Shown: positions 17,892 through 26,431 of the stretch, piece by piece | Layout of the letters: each line of letters opens with the position of its first letter | Position numbering within the stretch: position 1 is the stretch's first letter | Origin: Minisyncoccia bacterium | Lineage (GTDB): Bacteria; Patescibacteriota; Minisyncoccia; Phycocordibacterales; Zambryskibacteraceae | DNA: 64,000 bases | Assembly: GCA_049651785.1 (NCBI GenBank) | Contig: JBASCT010000022.1 | Location: 44-64,043, forward strand | Reading direction: 5' to 3' | Made by a program: the position numbers and the translations under genes | Notes under the pieces: model-generated | Databases searched by the model: none | Seen by the model: only the letters and a program-made list of their open reading frames with translations | What the model was told of the DNA's origin: nothing

Positions 17892-18545
17892 ATGGCCCAA
17901 GCTTCGAGCCCCACACAGGAGTTCATCCCGATAAAAGAGGTGCGCGACGGCGTCGTGATGCTCAAAGATGGCGGCATGCGCGCCATCCTCCTCTGCTCGT
18001 CCTTAAACTTCTCGCTCAAGTCGGAGGACGAGAGGCAGGCTATCCTTTACCAATTCCAGGATTTCCTGAATTCGCTCGACTTTTCTATAGAAATAATCAT
18101 TCAGTCGAGAAAGCTCGACATCCGCCCCTACATCGCCCTCCTCGAGACGCAGGAAAAGAATCAGGTAAACAATCTGATGAAAATACAGGTGAGAGAATAT
18201 ATCGAGTTCATAAAGAATTTCACCGAGTCGACAAGCATTATGACCAAACACTTCTTCATCGTCGTGCCCTACAGTCCTGCCCTCCTCTCGACGGGGAAGG
18301 CGGATGGGCTCGCCGGCGGTATTACTTCGAAGCTCGGGCTCGGCGGTAAGAAAGAAGGTCCAATAACAACCGAGACAAGCTTCGACGAGAACAGGAGCCA
18401 GCTCGAAGAGCGCTTGGGCGTCGTCGAACAGGGTCTCATAAGAAGCGGTATTAGGGTCGCGCGACTGGGAACGGAAGAGGCGATAGAACTGTTCTACAAA
18501 GCGTTTAACCCCGGCGAGACCGAGAAGCCGATTAAACTCCAATAA
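17892..18545 (+). CDS. Hypothetical protein; possibly the detached N-terminal domain of the VirB4-like ATPase
   Basis: 217 aa; ends 1 nt before the 18547 ATG in a different frame. Combined length 843 aa matches VirB4/TraC proteins. Confidence 0.45.
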   Translation: MAQASSPTQEFIPIKEVRDGVVMLKDGGMRAILLCSSLNFSLKSEDERQAILYQFQDFLNSLDFSIEIIIQSRKLDIRPYIALLETQEKNQVNNLMKIQVREYIEFIKNFTESTSIMTKHFFIVVPYSPALLSTGKADGLAGGITSKLGLGGKKEGPITTETSFDENRSQLEERLGVVEQGLIRSGIRVARLGTEEAIELFYKAFNPGETEKPIKLQ

Positions 18546-18546
18546 C

Positions 18547-20427
18547 ATGGGGCTCTTCGATACACTCTTCAATAAAAAGAAGGATGGGAAGCAGGACATT
18601 GCCTCTATCCTGCCTAAAGAGATTTTCGAAGCGGGCGCCTTGGAGCTCAAAGATATTATCGCCCCCTCCGCCCTCAAGGTCGGGCCGAAAGAAATAAATC
18701 TCGGTGAGAAGGTTTTGAGAAGTTTCTTTGTAATCTCCTATCCGCGCTTCCTCTCCGAGGGGTGGTTCAGTCCAATTATCAATATGGACAAGGTCTTCGA
18801 CGTCTCAATCTTCGTCCACCCGATAGAGACCTCCAAGGTTCTGCGCCAATTCCAAAGAAAGGTTGCCGAAGTGCAGTCCCAAATTCACGGCAGAGAGGAG
18901 AAGGGTCTTGTGCGCGATCCGGTCCTTGATGTCGCCTACCAAGACCTCGAGAACCTGCGCGACCAGCTCCAACAGGCGCAAGAAAAGCTTTTTGACGTCG
19001 GTCTCTACATCACAATCTACGGCGACAACTCCGATGATTTGGATAAAATCGAGTCGGAGATAAAATCCATTCTTGAAGCAAAACTCATCTACGTTAAGCC
19101 CGCCCTCTTCCAGCAGGAACAGGGCTTCAAAAGCACCTTACCCTTAGGAAACGACCTCTTGGAGGTTCACTCTAAGCTAAATTCCTCTCCACTCTCCTCT
19201 CTCTTTCCATTTACTTCATTTGACCTGACTTCCGACAAAGGCATCCTCTACGGTATTAATAGACATAACTCCTCCCTCGTCCTCTTCGACCGCTTCTCGC
19301 TTGAGAACTACAACTCAATAATGTTCGCGAAGTCCGGCGCCGGCAAATCCTACGCCACGAAGCTTGAAATCTTGAGGACTCTTATGTTCGACACGGAGGT
19401 TATCGTCATCGACCCGGAGCGAGAGTACGAATACATGGCGGAAGCGACGGGCGGCAGATATTTCAAGATCTCCCTTAACTCCGAGCACCACATCAACCCC
19501 TTCGACCTACCCGTCCCGGGCCCGGACGAGAGCACGGCCAATGTCCTTCGTTCAAATATTATCAACCTAGTCGGCCTCTTCCGCCTGATGATGGGCGGTC
19601 TCACGGCGGAAGAAGACGCCATAATAGATCGCGCCATCACCGAGACCTATGCTCTGAAGGACATTACGGCCGAGTCAGACTTCAGAAATGTCGAGCCGCC
19701 TCTCATGTCTGACTTCGAGCTCGTGCTCGCGGGCATGGAGGGTGGCGAGTCTCTGGCCCAAAGACTTTCAAAATACACCAAAGGCACGTGGTCGGGCTTC
19801 ATCAACCGCCCTTCGAATGTCGATATCAATAAAAAGTTCGTGGTCTTCTCGCTCCGAGACATGGAGGATGAACTGAAACCCATCGCCATGTACATCGTCA
19901 CGCACTACATCTGGAATTCGATTAGGAAAGATCTTAGAAAGCGCCTCCTCGTCATTGACGAAGCGTGGTGGATGATGAAGTCGGAGGACACCGCCTCTTT
20001 CCTCATGGGCCTCGTCAAGCGAGGCAGAAAATATTTCCTCGGGGTCGCCACGATAACGCAGGACGTCGGGGACTTCTTGAAGAGTCCTTATGGACTCCCG
20101 ATTATCACCAACTCGTCAATTCAGATTCTGATGAAGCAGTCGCCAACAATTATCGACGAGCTTCAGAAAACTTTCAACCTGACGGATGAGGAAAAGTTCT
20201 TATTGCTTGAGTCCGACAGGGGAGAAGGAATCTTCTTCGCCGGCCTCAAGCACGTCGCGATAAAAAACATTGCTTCCTACACCGAGGACCAGATTATCAC
20301 CTCCGACCCGTCGCAAGTCTTGGCCATCAAGCGCGCCAAGCAAGAAGAAGTGTGGAAACAGGATGCCGAAACGGAAGCCAAGAAAGCCGAGATCCTTGCG
20401 GCCAAGGCGCAACCGAATAAACAATGA
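18547..20427 (+). CDS. virB4: VirB4/TraC-family T4SS ATPase
   Basis: 626 aa; Walker A FAKSGAGKSY, Walker B RLLVIDEAWWMM, and C-terminal motifs typical of the CagE/TrbE/VirB4 family. Confidence 0.8.
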   Translation: MGLFDTLFNKKKDGKQDIASILPKEIFEAGALELKDIIAPSALKVGPKEINLGEKVLRSFFVISYPRFLSEGWFSPIINMDKVFDVSIFVHPIETSKVLRQFQRKVAEVQSQIHGREEKGLVRDPVLDVAYQDLENLRDQLQQAQEKLFDVGLYITIYGDNSDDLDKIESEIKSILEAKLIYVKPALFQQEQGFKSTLPLGNDLLEVHSKLNSSPLSSLFPFTSFDLTSDKGILYGINRHNSSLVLFDRFSLENYNSIMFAKSGAGKSYATKLEILRTLMFDTEVIVIDPEREYEYMAEATGGRYFKISLNSEHHINPFDLPVPGPDESTANVLRSNIINLVGLFRLMMGGLTAEEDAIIDRAITETYALKDITAESDFRNVEPPLMSDFELVLAGMEGGESLAQRLSKYTKGTWSGFINRPSNVDINKKFVVFSLRDMEDELKPIAMYIVTHYIWNSIRKDLRKRLLVIDEAWWMMKSEDTASFLMGLVKRGRKYFLGVATITQDVGDFLKSPYGLPIITNSSIQILMKQSPTIIDELQKTFNLTDEEKFLLLESDRGEGIFFAGLKHVAIKNIASYTEDQIITSDPSQVLAIKRAKQEEVWKQDAETEAKKAEILAAKAQPNKQ

Positions 20428-20810
20428 ACGAAGAAGGGGAACAAATACAGGAACAAGAGCTAGAGCACCATAAGAAGTTCGGAGGAGTAACCTTTATCCT
20501 GATGCTCATCGTGGCTCTGTTTTTCGACGGTATTCAGATTCTGGTCCAGCTCATTCCGGTCGCGGGACAGATTCTCGGAAGCGTCATCGGTCTTCTCGCT
20601 TTCATGACCTTTTTCCTCTGGTTTGCCATGAAGGGCATGAGGTTTCTGACCGCAGGAAGAATTATCACCATGACAGGAACCTTGTTCGTGGAAGTTATAC
20701 CTTTAGCCAGCGCCCTGCCCGTCTGGACCCTTTCGATTGTCCTTATGTTTATCACCAGTAAGTTTGGGCGAACTACCAAAGTTGCGAGTATAATAACATC
20801 AAGGAAATGA
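20424..20810 (+). CDS. Small polytopic membrane protein (operon member)
   Basis: 128 aa with 3-4 hydrophobic helices; ATGA overlap with the upstream stop. Confidence 0.5.
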   Translation: MNEEGEQIQEQELEHHKKFGGVTFILMLIVALFFDGIQILVQLIPVAGQILGSVIGLLAFMTFFLWFAMKGMRFLTAGRIITMTGTLFVEVIPLASALPVWTLSIVLMFITSKFGRTTKVASIITSRK

Positions 20811-21514
20811 AGCCATTTTACTCCCTTTTAATAGCCCTCCTACTTGCTCCGGCGTTTAGCGTCTCGGCGCAGGAGGTAGACATCCTCTGGCAAGGTGAGA
20901 CCTACACTCCGCCGTTTTACGAAGGTCGGGCCCTCTGGTCAAATCAGTCGAGAATTACCTTGGTCGCCATACCGCAAGGCTTAGGAAATCCGACAAGCCT
21001 CAACTATAAGTGGATAAAAAATGGCACGGTGCTTGGTAATGTGAGTGGAATCGGTAGAGGCTCTCTTTTCTTCATCGATACGGTGCTCTCAAGGCCGCAG
21101 ACGATAGAGGTGGAGATTATCGCGAGCGACAAGAGCGTTCTCGCCAAGAATTCGGTCTATGTCGTCCCGCGCCCGCCCGCCTTGGCGGTGTATGAAAATA
21201 ATCCGCTCTACGGCTTCATGTTCCACAAAGAAATCAGCGAGTATGATATGCAGAGTCCCGAAGTGGTTCTGGCCGCCTTCCCGCTATTCTTCAGCACTTC
21301 TGACCGTTCTGACTTTTCCTTGGAATACGACTGGGCGAGCAATGCCGGCGACAGAAATAAAGAAAGTTCGGTAACCTATCGTGCGCCCGAAGGGGGTTCC
21401 GGCTCGGCAAGTGTAACGGTGCGGGTCAAGAGCTTGGATAATCTTATGCAGTCGGCAAGTAAAAATTTGCTCTTAAAATTTAATAGCGAGAATATTAATA
21501 ACTTCGGATTATGA
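20807..21514 (+). CDS. Secreted hypothetical protein
   Basis: Signal peptide MKPFYSLLIALLLAPAFSVSA; translationally coupled. Confidence 0.5.
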   Translation: MKPFYSLLIALLLAPAFSVSAQEVDILWQGETYTPPFYEGRALWSNQSRITLVAIPQGLGNPTSLNYKWIKNGTVLGNVSGIGRGSLFFIDTVLSRPQTIEVEIIASDKSVLAKNSVYVVPRPPALAVYENNPLYGFMFHKEISEYDMQSPEVVLAAFPLFFSTSDRSDFSLEYDWASNAGDRNKESSVTYRAPEGGSGSASVTVRVKSLDNLMQSASKNLLLKFNSENINNFGL

Positions 21515-22353
21515 AATATTTAATTGGCGCCACGCTTTCTCTGTTCCTGTTTATCGGTCTAGCGAGTTTTTCATTCGCACAAGATTACCAGCTGCTTCAA
21601 CCCCTGCCCATAGGTACCGGTGGAACGGAAGCAAGGACAATCACGCCGACTCAATATATTTCAGGCATGTTCATGTTAATTATCGGCATTGCGGGAGTTC
21701 TTGCGGTCATTATGATTATCGTCGGCGGTATTAAGTACATGACGACCGATGCCATGGGGGCGAAAAGTGACGCCAAGAAAACAATCCAAAACGCTATTTT
21801 CGGTCTGCTCCTCGCTCTCGGTGCTTGGATAATTCTCTACAGCATCGGCGGCGATCGCTTGACGAACTTTACCATTTCTCTTGACGCAATCCCGGCCGCA
21901 AGCACAACTCCGCCAATCCAACGAGAACCCTGGCCCGATGACTCCGCGCTACGCCGAGCTTTGCTCCAGAATGGAATTACCGTCCAAAGAACAACCTCAT
22001 GTTTATGGGTAGGACAAACGGCGTGTACCTCTCTTTCTGACATAGGTGGCACCGTAATTGCCGGGCTAGGAACGCTTCGGGCAAATTGTCCTACTTGCAT
22101 GATTGTTATCAACGGCGGGACAGAGTATTGGCTTCATGGTAATGGATCAAGAGTGTTGGCAGACAACCCAACGGACCATAGGCCTGGAGGGGGCGCGGTT
22201 GATTTGGACAACACCACGACCCTAAACAGATTTGTACTTGACAACGGACAAGAAATAACCGGTAGAAACAATTGTAGTAACGTTGGCCCTGCTTACAGGA
22301 TTGGAAATGCAATTTATGTTAACGAGTTTAACCACTGGCATGTCTGCTACTAA
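21511..22353 (+). CDS. Pilin-like protein (signal peptide + two hydrophobic helices, VirB2/TrbC-like topology) fused to a Cys/His-containing C-terminal domain
   Basis: MKYLIGATLSLFLFIGLASFSFA, then FMLIIGIAGVLAVIMIIVGGIKYMTTDAMGAKSDAKKTIQNAIFGLLLALGAWIILYSI. C-terminal HGNGSRVLAD...DHRPGGGAVD...EFNH resembles metallopeptidase motifs (weak). Confidence 0.5.
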   Translation: MKYLIGATLSLFLFIGLASFSFAQDYQLLQPLPIGTGGTEARTITPTQYISGMFMLIIGIAGVLAVIMIIVGGIKYMTTDAMGAKSDAKKTIQNAIFGLLLALGAWIILYSIGGDRLTNFTISLDAIPAASTTPPIQREPWPDDSALRRALLQNGITVQRTTSCLWVGQTACTSLSDIGGTVIAGLGTLRANCPTCMIVINGGTEYWLHGNGSRVLADNPTDHRPGGGAVDLDNTTTLNRFVLDNGQEITGRNNCSNVGPAYRIGNAIYVNEFNHWHVCY

Positions 22354-22359
22354 CAAAAA

Positions 22360-23616
22360 ATGAAAAAAATATTATTAATTTCCGGTGGAGTAATTCTCGT
22401 AATCGTCTTGGGAATTTTTTCCTGGATTCTCGTCTCCAAAGATCCAGAGGTGCCGGTGGGTGAGGCCCTGAGGGACTTTTTGCCGTTCGGTTCGGGCGAT
22501 GACTTCGTCGTGCCTCCCGGTGGGGGCGGGTTCAGCGAGGGCGGGGGCGGTGAAGATTCTTCGGCGGGCGAGGGTGGTGCTCCTGAGAAAATTCTTTTCC
22601 GTATTACTGACGTTCCCGTCGCTGGCTTCGTCGCCCTTAATAGGGGCACCTCTTCTACGGCCGTGCGCTATGCCGAGCGCGCCACGGGCCATATCTACGA
22701 AGTGAATCTTGGGAATCTTGAGAGAGCAAGGCTGACGAACCAGACCCTGCCGAAAATTTATGAGGCGCACTTCCGAGCGGACGGGAGCGCCGTCCTCTTC
22801 AGATCACTTAAAGATGATTCTGATGTAGTAGAAAATATTTCTCTCGCTCTTACACCGCCGAAGGCGACGGCCACTTCTTCGGAAGAAGAGTTTTACTCCG
22901 TTTCATCAACGCCTCTGCGCGGCGAACTTGGCTCAACTGCGGCCGGTTCCACAAACACTCTTTTCTATGTTCTTGAGGACGCGGGCTCTGTCGTCTCGTC
23001 CGCCTTTGACGGCTCGGGTCAGAAGACTCTTCTTTCTTCGCAATTCACCGACTGGGCTCTTGCTCCTTACGGCAACACGGGTCTTCTCGTTTATACCAAG
23101 GCTGGCGGCGCCAATACTCCCGGATATGCCTACACTCTTGGCGGCTCAGGAGGTCTTACTAAAGTTATCGGACCGGTTCCGGATTTGACGGCCCTTATGA
23201 GTCACGACGGCAAGAGGTTGGTTCTTTCCCAGAGTTATGCCGGAAGCATCAGATCTTTTATAAGAAATGTGGAAGATGATACCAGCTTCGAAATGTCTTC
23301 TCCCACCTTTGCCGACAAATGTGTCTGGAGCAGAGCAAGGCTTGCGGTCGTTTTCTGCGCCACTCCTTCAAACAATATTGGCTCGGGTGAGCCGAGCAAT
23401 TGGTATTTGGGCCGCACCTCGTTCCAAGACAAGATTTGGGTCTTTGATGCCGAAACAGAACTCTCGGAGCTTCTCGCCGAGCCGGCAAATGTTGTCGGTT
23501 TGGATCTCGACGTTGTCGAGCTGAAACTTTCTCCCAGGGAAGACTACCTGGTGTTTATAAATAAAAAAGATCTGTCACTCTGGGCGCTTAAGCTTGAGCC
23601 GGCCCCCGAGGAGTAG
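22360..23616 (+). CDS. Signal-anchored extracellular protein (last gene of T4SS-like operon)
   Basis: 418 aa; N-terminal TM helix, Gly-rich linker (PPGGGGFSEGGGGEDSSAGEGG), then a large probably beta-rich domain. Confidence 0.5.
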   Translation: MKKILLISGGVILVIVLGIFSWILVSKDPEVPVGEALRDFLPFGSGDDFVVPPGGGGFSEGGGGEDSSAGEGGAPEKILFRITDVPVAGFVALNRGTSSTAVRYAERATGHIYEVNLGNLERARLTNQTLPKIYEAHFRADGSAVLFRSLKDDSDVVENISLALTPPKATATSSEEEFYSVSSTPLRGELGSTAAGSTNTLFYVLEDAGSVVSSAFDGSGQKTLLSSQFTDWALAPYGNTGLLVYTKAGGANTPGYAYTLGGSGGLTKVIGPVPDLTALMSHDGKRLVLSQSYAGSIRSFIRNVEDDTSFEMSSPTFADKCVWSRARLAVVFCATPSNNIGSGEPSNWYLGRTSFQDKIWVFDAETELSELLAEPANVVGLDLDVVELKLSPREDYLVFINKKDLSLWALKLEPAPEE

Positions 23617-24319
23617 CCCTCATTTTCTTTCTTATCACGAGTTCCTGGCCGATACCGAAAAGGTTGTTGGTAAGCCAGTAGAGCGCGATGGCGCCGGAGA
23701 TACTGTAGGAGACAAAGAAGACGATTACGGGAAGAAAATATTTCATTTGTAGCTGCATATTGCGGGCAAGGTTTGAGCCGAAGGAATTGCCTTGCGGCGG
23801 GGTCTGGTTTCTCATTGAAATACTGAATTGGAAAAATGTTGAGAGGCCGGCGAGAAGAGCAATAACAATGCTTTTATCGGTAATATCAACCAGACCGAGA
23901 AAGTTGGTATTGATGTATTCCGGCGCTGTCACAAAAGAGTACAAGAGAGACTTATTTACCTCTGGAAACTTGAGGAAAATTTGGTAGAGCGCGAAAATGA
24001 TCGGGATCTGTATTATGATAACGAAAATTCCAGAGAAAGGGTTAACCTTCTTGTCTTTGTAGAGCGAGAGAATTTGCTTGGCTTGCTCCTCCGACTTGTC
24101 TTTGTACTTTTCTTTTATTTTCTCAAGCTCGGGAGCAATCTCGGCCATCTTCACTTGGGTGTGGATGGCCTTTCTTGAGAGGGGAAAGATGATGAGGCGC
24201 ACGACAATCGTCAGGATAATAATGATAATGCCGGCGCCAGCCCAGGGAAGCGCGTTGAAAAGAAAGATGAGAAAGTTGTAGATAGGGTTAAAAATGAAGT
24301 TGTGGTAGAGGTCGGACAT
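23588..24319 (-). CDS. yidC: Membrane protein insertase YidC/Oxa1 (short form)
   Basis: 243 aa; conserved PLSRKAIHTQVKMAEIAPELEKIKEKYK and five TM segments. Confidence 0.9.
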   Translation of the reverse strand: MSDLYHNFIFNPIYNFLIFLFNALPWAGAGIIIIILTIVVRLIIFPLSRKAIHTQVKMAEIAPELEKIKEKYKDKSEEQAKQILSLYKDKKVNPFSGIFVIIIQIPIIFALYQIFLKFPEVNKSLLYSFVTAPEYINTNFLGLVDITDKSIVIALLAGLSTFFQFSISMRNQTPPQGNSFGSNLARNMQLQMKYFLPVIVFFVSYSISGAIALYWLTNNLFGIGQELVIRKKMRATPRGPAQA

Positions 24320-24328
24320 TGGGTAATT

Positions 24329-24646
24329 CTATCCTTTAGATAAAAGTTCTGCCAGTTCGTTTTTAAGCTCTTCTCCCCTAAGCTTATCCGTGCCCGGCTT
24401 GGCAATAAGTAAAAAAAGTTTCTTTGGAAGGGCTGGTAAGAGCTCGCGCACGACAGAATAGGTTCGGCGGCGAATTTTATTGCGCACCACCGCCTTTTTG
24501 GAAATCTTTTTTGACACGGAGACGGCGAGGCGGGCCGTCTTTGACGGTGCTGTTCTCAAGAAGAAATATTTTGAATCGACTTTTTTGCCGAATTTTAAAA
24601 TAACTTCAAAAAGTTCGCGCGAGATTCTCCTGTTTCGGGGAAGCAT
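24329..24646 (-). CDS. rnpA: Ribonuclease P protein component
   Basis: 105 aa; basic, with RLAVSVSKKISKKAVVRNKIRRR (RNR motif region). Confidence 0.85.
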   Translation of the reverse strand: MLPRNRRISRELFEVILKFGKKVDSKYFFLRTAPSKTARLAVSVSKKISKKAVVRNKIRRRTYSVVRELLPALPKKLFLLIAKPGTDKLRGEELKNELAELLSKG

Positions 24647-24781
24647 TTAGGCGGCGAGTCTCCTTCTGCCCTTTCTTCGTCTATTACGAACGGTCCTTCT
24701 GCCGGTGGAACTTTTGTGTCGCGATAAAAATCCGTGAGTTCTGGCTCTTTTCCTCTTTTTTGGTTGGTAAGTTCTCGACAT
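24647..24781 (-). CDS. rpmH: 50S ribosomal protein L34
   Basis: Manual translation [44 protein letters not shown] (44 aa); not in the track because it is under 60 aa. Confidence 0.9.
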   Translation of the reverse strand: MSRTYQPKKRKRARTHGFLSRHKSSTGRRTVRNRRRKGRRRLAA

Positions 24782-24880
24782 TTATTATTAACAAGTTATA
24801 AACATATTATAAACATTTTTTGATGATTTAACAAGTTCTCGCGAGAGCCCTAAAAGATATACTATAGTACCGATATTCCC
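24782..24880. promoter_or_regulatory. dnaA upstream region with direct repeats (TTAACAAGTT x2, TTATAAACA x2); candidate DnaA-box cluster / oriC part
   Basis: Direct reading; AT-rich 99-bp spacer between divergent rpmH and dnaA. Confidence 0.45.
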
Positions 24881-26227
24881 ATGACTGACTATAAACAGCT
24901 CTGGCAAAGTGTCCTCGTCGAGATAGAGCTGGGTATTTCAAGCGCAAACTTCGCAACCTGGTTTAAAGACACAAAAATTGTCAAAGAAGATGCCGGCATA
25001 ATCATTCTCTCCGTGCCCAACGCCTTTGTGAAAGAGTGGCTTCTGACAAAATACCACAACACCATTCTTAAAAGCCTGAGAAACGTCAACGGCGCCATTC
25101 ATGCTGTTGAGTACGTGGTGAACAAGGAGGAGGTGAGGAGAAAAGAATCAAGGCCCGAGAGCGAAACTCACACCAAGGAGCTTCCTTTACCGGAAGTGCT
25201 GGTAAACAAGGACGATAATCTCAATCCGCGCTACACCTTCGAGACGTTTGTGGTTGGGCCGTTCAACGAGCTTGCCCACGCGGCGGCTCAAGCGGTGATA
25301 AAAAAACCGGGAATCATGTACAACCCACTTTTTATCTATGGTTCAACCGGCCACGGCAAAACACACCTGATCCAGGCGGTGGGAAATTACATAAAACAAA
25401 CCAGTCCGAGCAAAAGAGTCTACTACATGACCTCGGAACAGTTCGGCCAAGAGTGGATGAACGCGCTCCAGAACAATAAAATTGCGATTTTTAAGGATAA
25501 ATACAGGAAATATGACGTTTTTATCGTTGATGATATCCAGTTTTTCTCCGATAAACAAAAGTTGCAGGAGGAAATCTTCCACCTTTTTAACGCCCTCTAC
25601 GACAGCAACAAGCAAATAATCTTTTCTTCCGACAAACACCCCTATTTCATTACCGGTCTCGAGGAGCGCCTGAAGTCGCGGCTCTCGGCCGGGATGACGG
25701 TTGATATTCCGGTCCCGGACAAAGAGTCCCGGGTCGCAATAATATCTGCTAAGGCAAAACAACAGGGAATGAATCTTTCTGGAGAAATAATAGATTACCT
25801 GGCCCACACCATAAACGGCAACATCAGAGACCTTGAGGGCGCGGTGAACACCCTTCTCTGTCACGCCCAGCTTAAAAACAAGGAGATTAGCATGACCGAC
25901 GTTAGAAACTACATTAAAAACAACATAAAACCAAAGAAGGCGGTGGCGGTCAAAGATGTTGTTAAGGTTGTCTCCGATTTCTACAACATAAAAGAAGACA
26001 GTATTTACGAAAAAACCAGACATAAAGAGGTAATAAGACCAAGGCAAATAATCATGTACCTTTTAAGGGAAGATTTTAATATTTCTTACCCGTCCATCGG
26101 CCAGAAGCTCGGCGGCAGAGATCACACCACCGTGATTCATTCGTGTGAAAAAATAAAAAATGACATAAAAGCCGACCAAGGGCTCCTGGAAGAGGTCGTT
26201 AGAATTAGAAACCTTTTGGCTGTGTAA
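24881..26227 (+). CDS. dnaA: Chromosomal replication initiator protein DnaA
   Basis: 448 aa; AAA+ Walker A GSTGHGKTHL and C-terminal DNA-binding signature GGRDHTTVIHSCEKI. Confidence 0.95.
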   Translation: MTDYKQLWQSVLVEIELGISSANFATWFKDTKIVKEDAGIIILSVPNAFVKEWLLTKYHNTILKSLRNVNGAIHAVEYVVNKEEVRRKESRPESETHTKELPLPEVLVNKDDNLNPRYTFETFVVGPFNELAHAAAQAVIKKPGIMYNPLFIYGSTGHGKTHLIQAVGNYIKQTSPSKRVYYMTSEQFGQEWMNALQNNKIAIFKDKYRKYDVFIVDDIQFFSDKQKLQEEIFHLFNALYDSNKQIIFSSDKHPYFITGLEERLKSRLSAGMTVDIPVPDKESRVAIISAKAKQQGMNLSGEIIDYLAHTINGNIRDLEGAVNTLLCHAQLKNKEISMTDVRNYIKNNIKPKKAVAVKDVVKVVSDFYNIKEDSIYEKTRHKEVIRPRQIIMYLLREDFNISYPSIGQKLGGRDHTTVIHSCEKIKNDIKADQGLLEEVVRIRNLLAV

Positions 26228-26431
26228 AAGTATGTATATTAACTATGAAAAAGCTGTTAAGAAGATGTTGAGGATTTTATCTTTTTCTCGTCTGGCCAAG
26301 ATGTGTTCGTTTCTATCTATGGCTAATCCTCAAGTTATCAGAAATAAAAATTCAGGAAACGGCGCTGGTGTTGGATTTTTTGGTCTATGCACTTATTCAC
26401 ACTACTAATAGTATTAATATAATTTTTATAT
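26228..26431. promoter_or_regulatory. dnaA-dnaN intergenic region: candidate oriC / DNA-unwinding element
   Basis: 204-bp AT-rich spacer with the DnaA-box-like TTATTCACA (26393-26401) and an AT-only stretch at 26404-26433. Confidence 0.45.
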
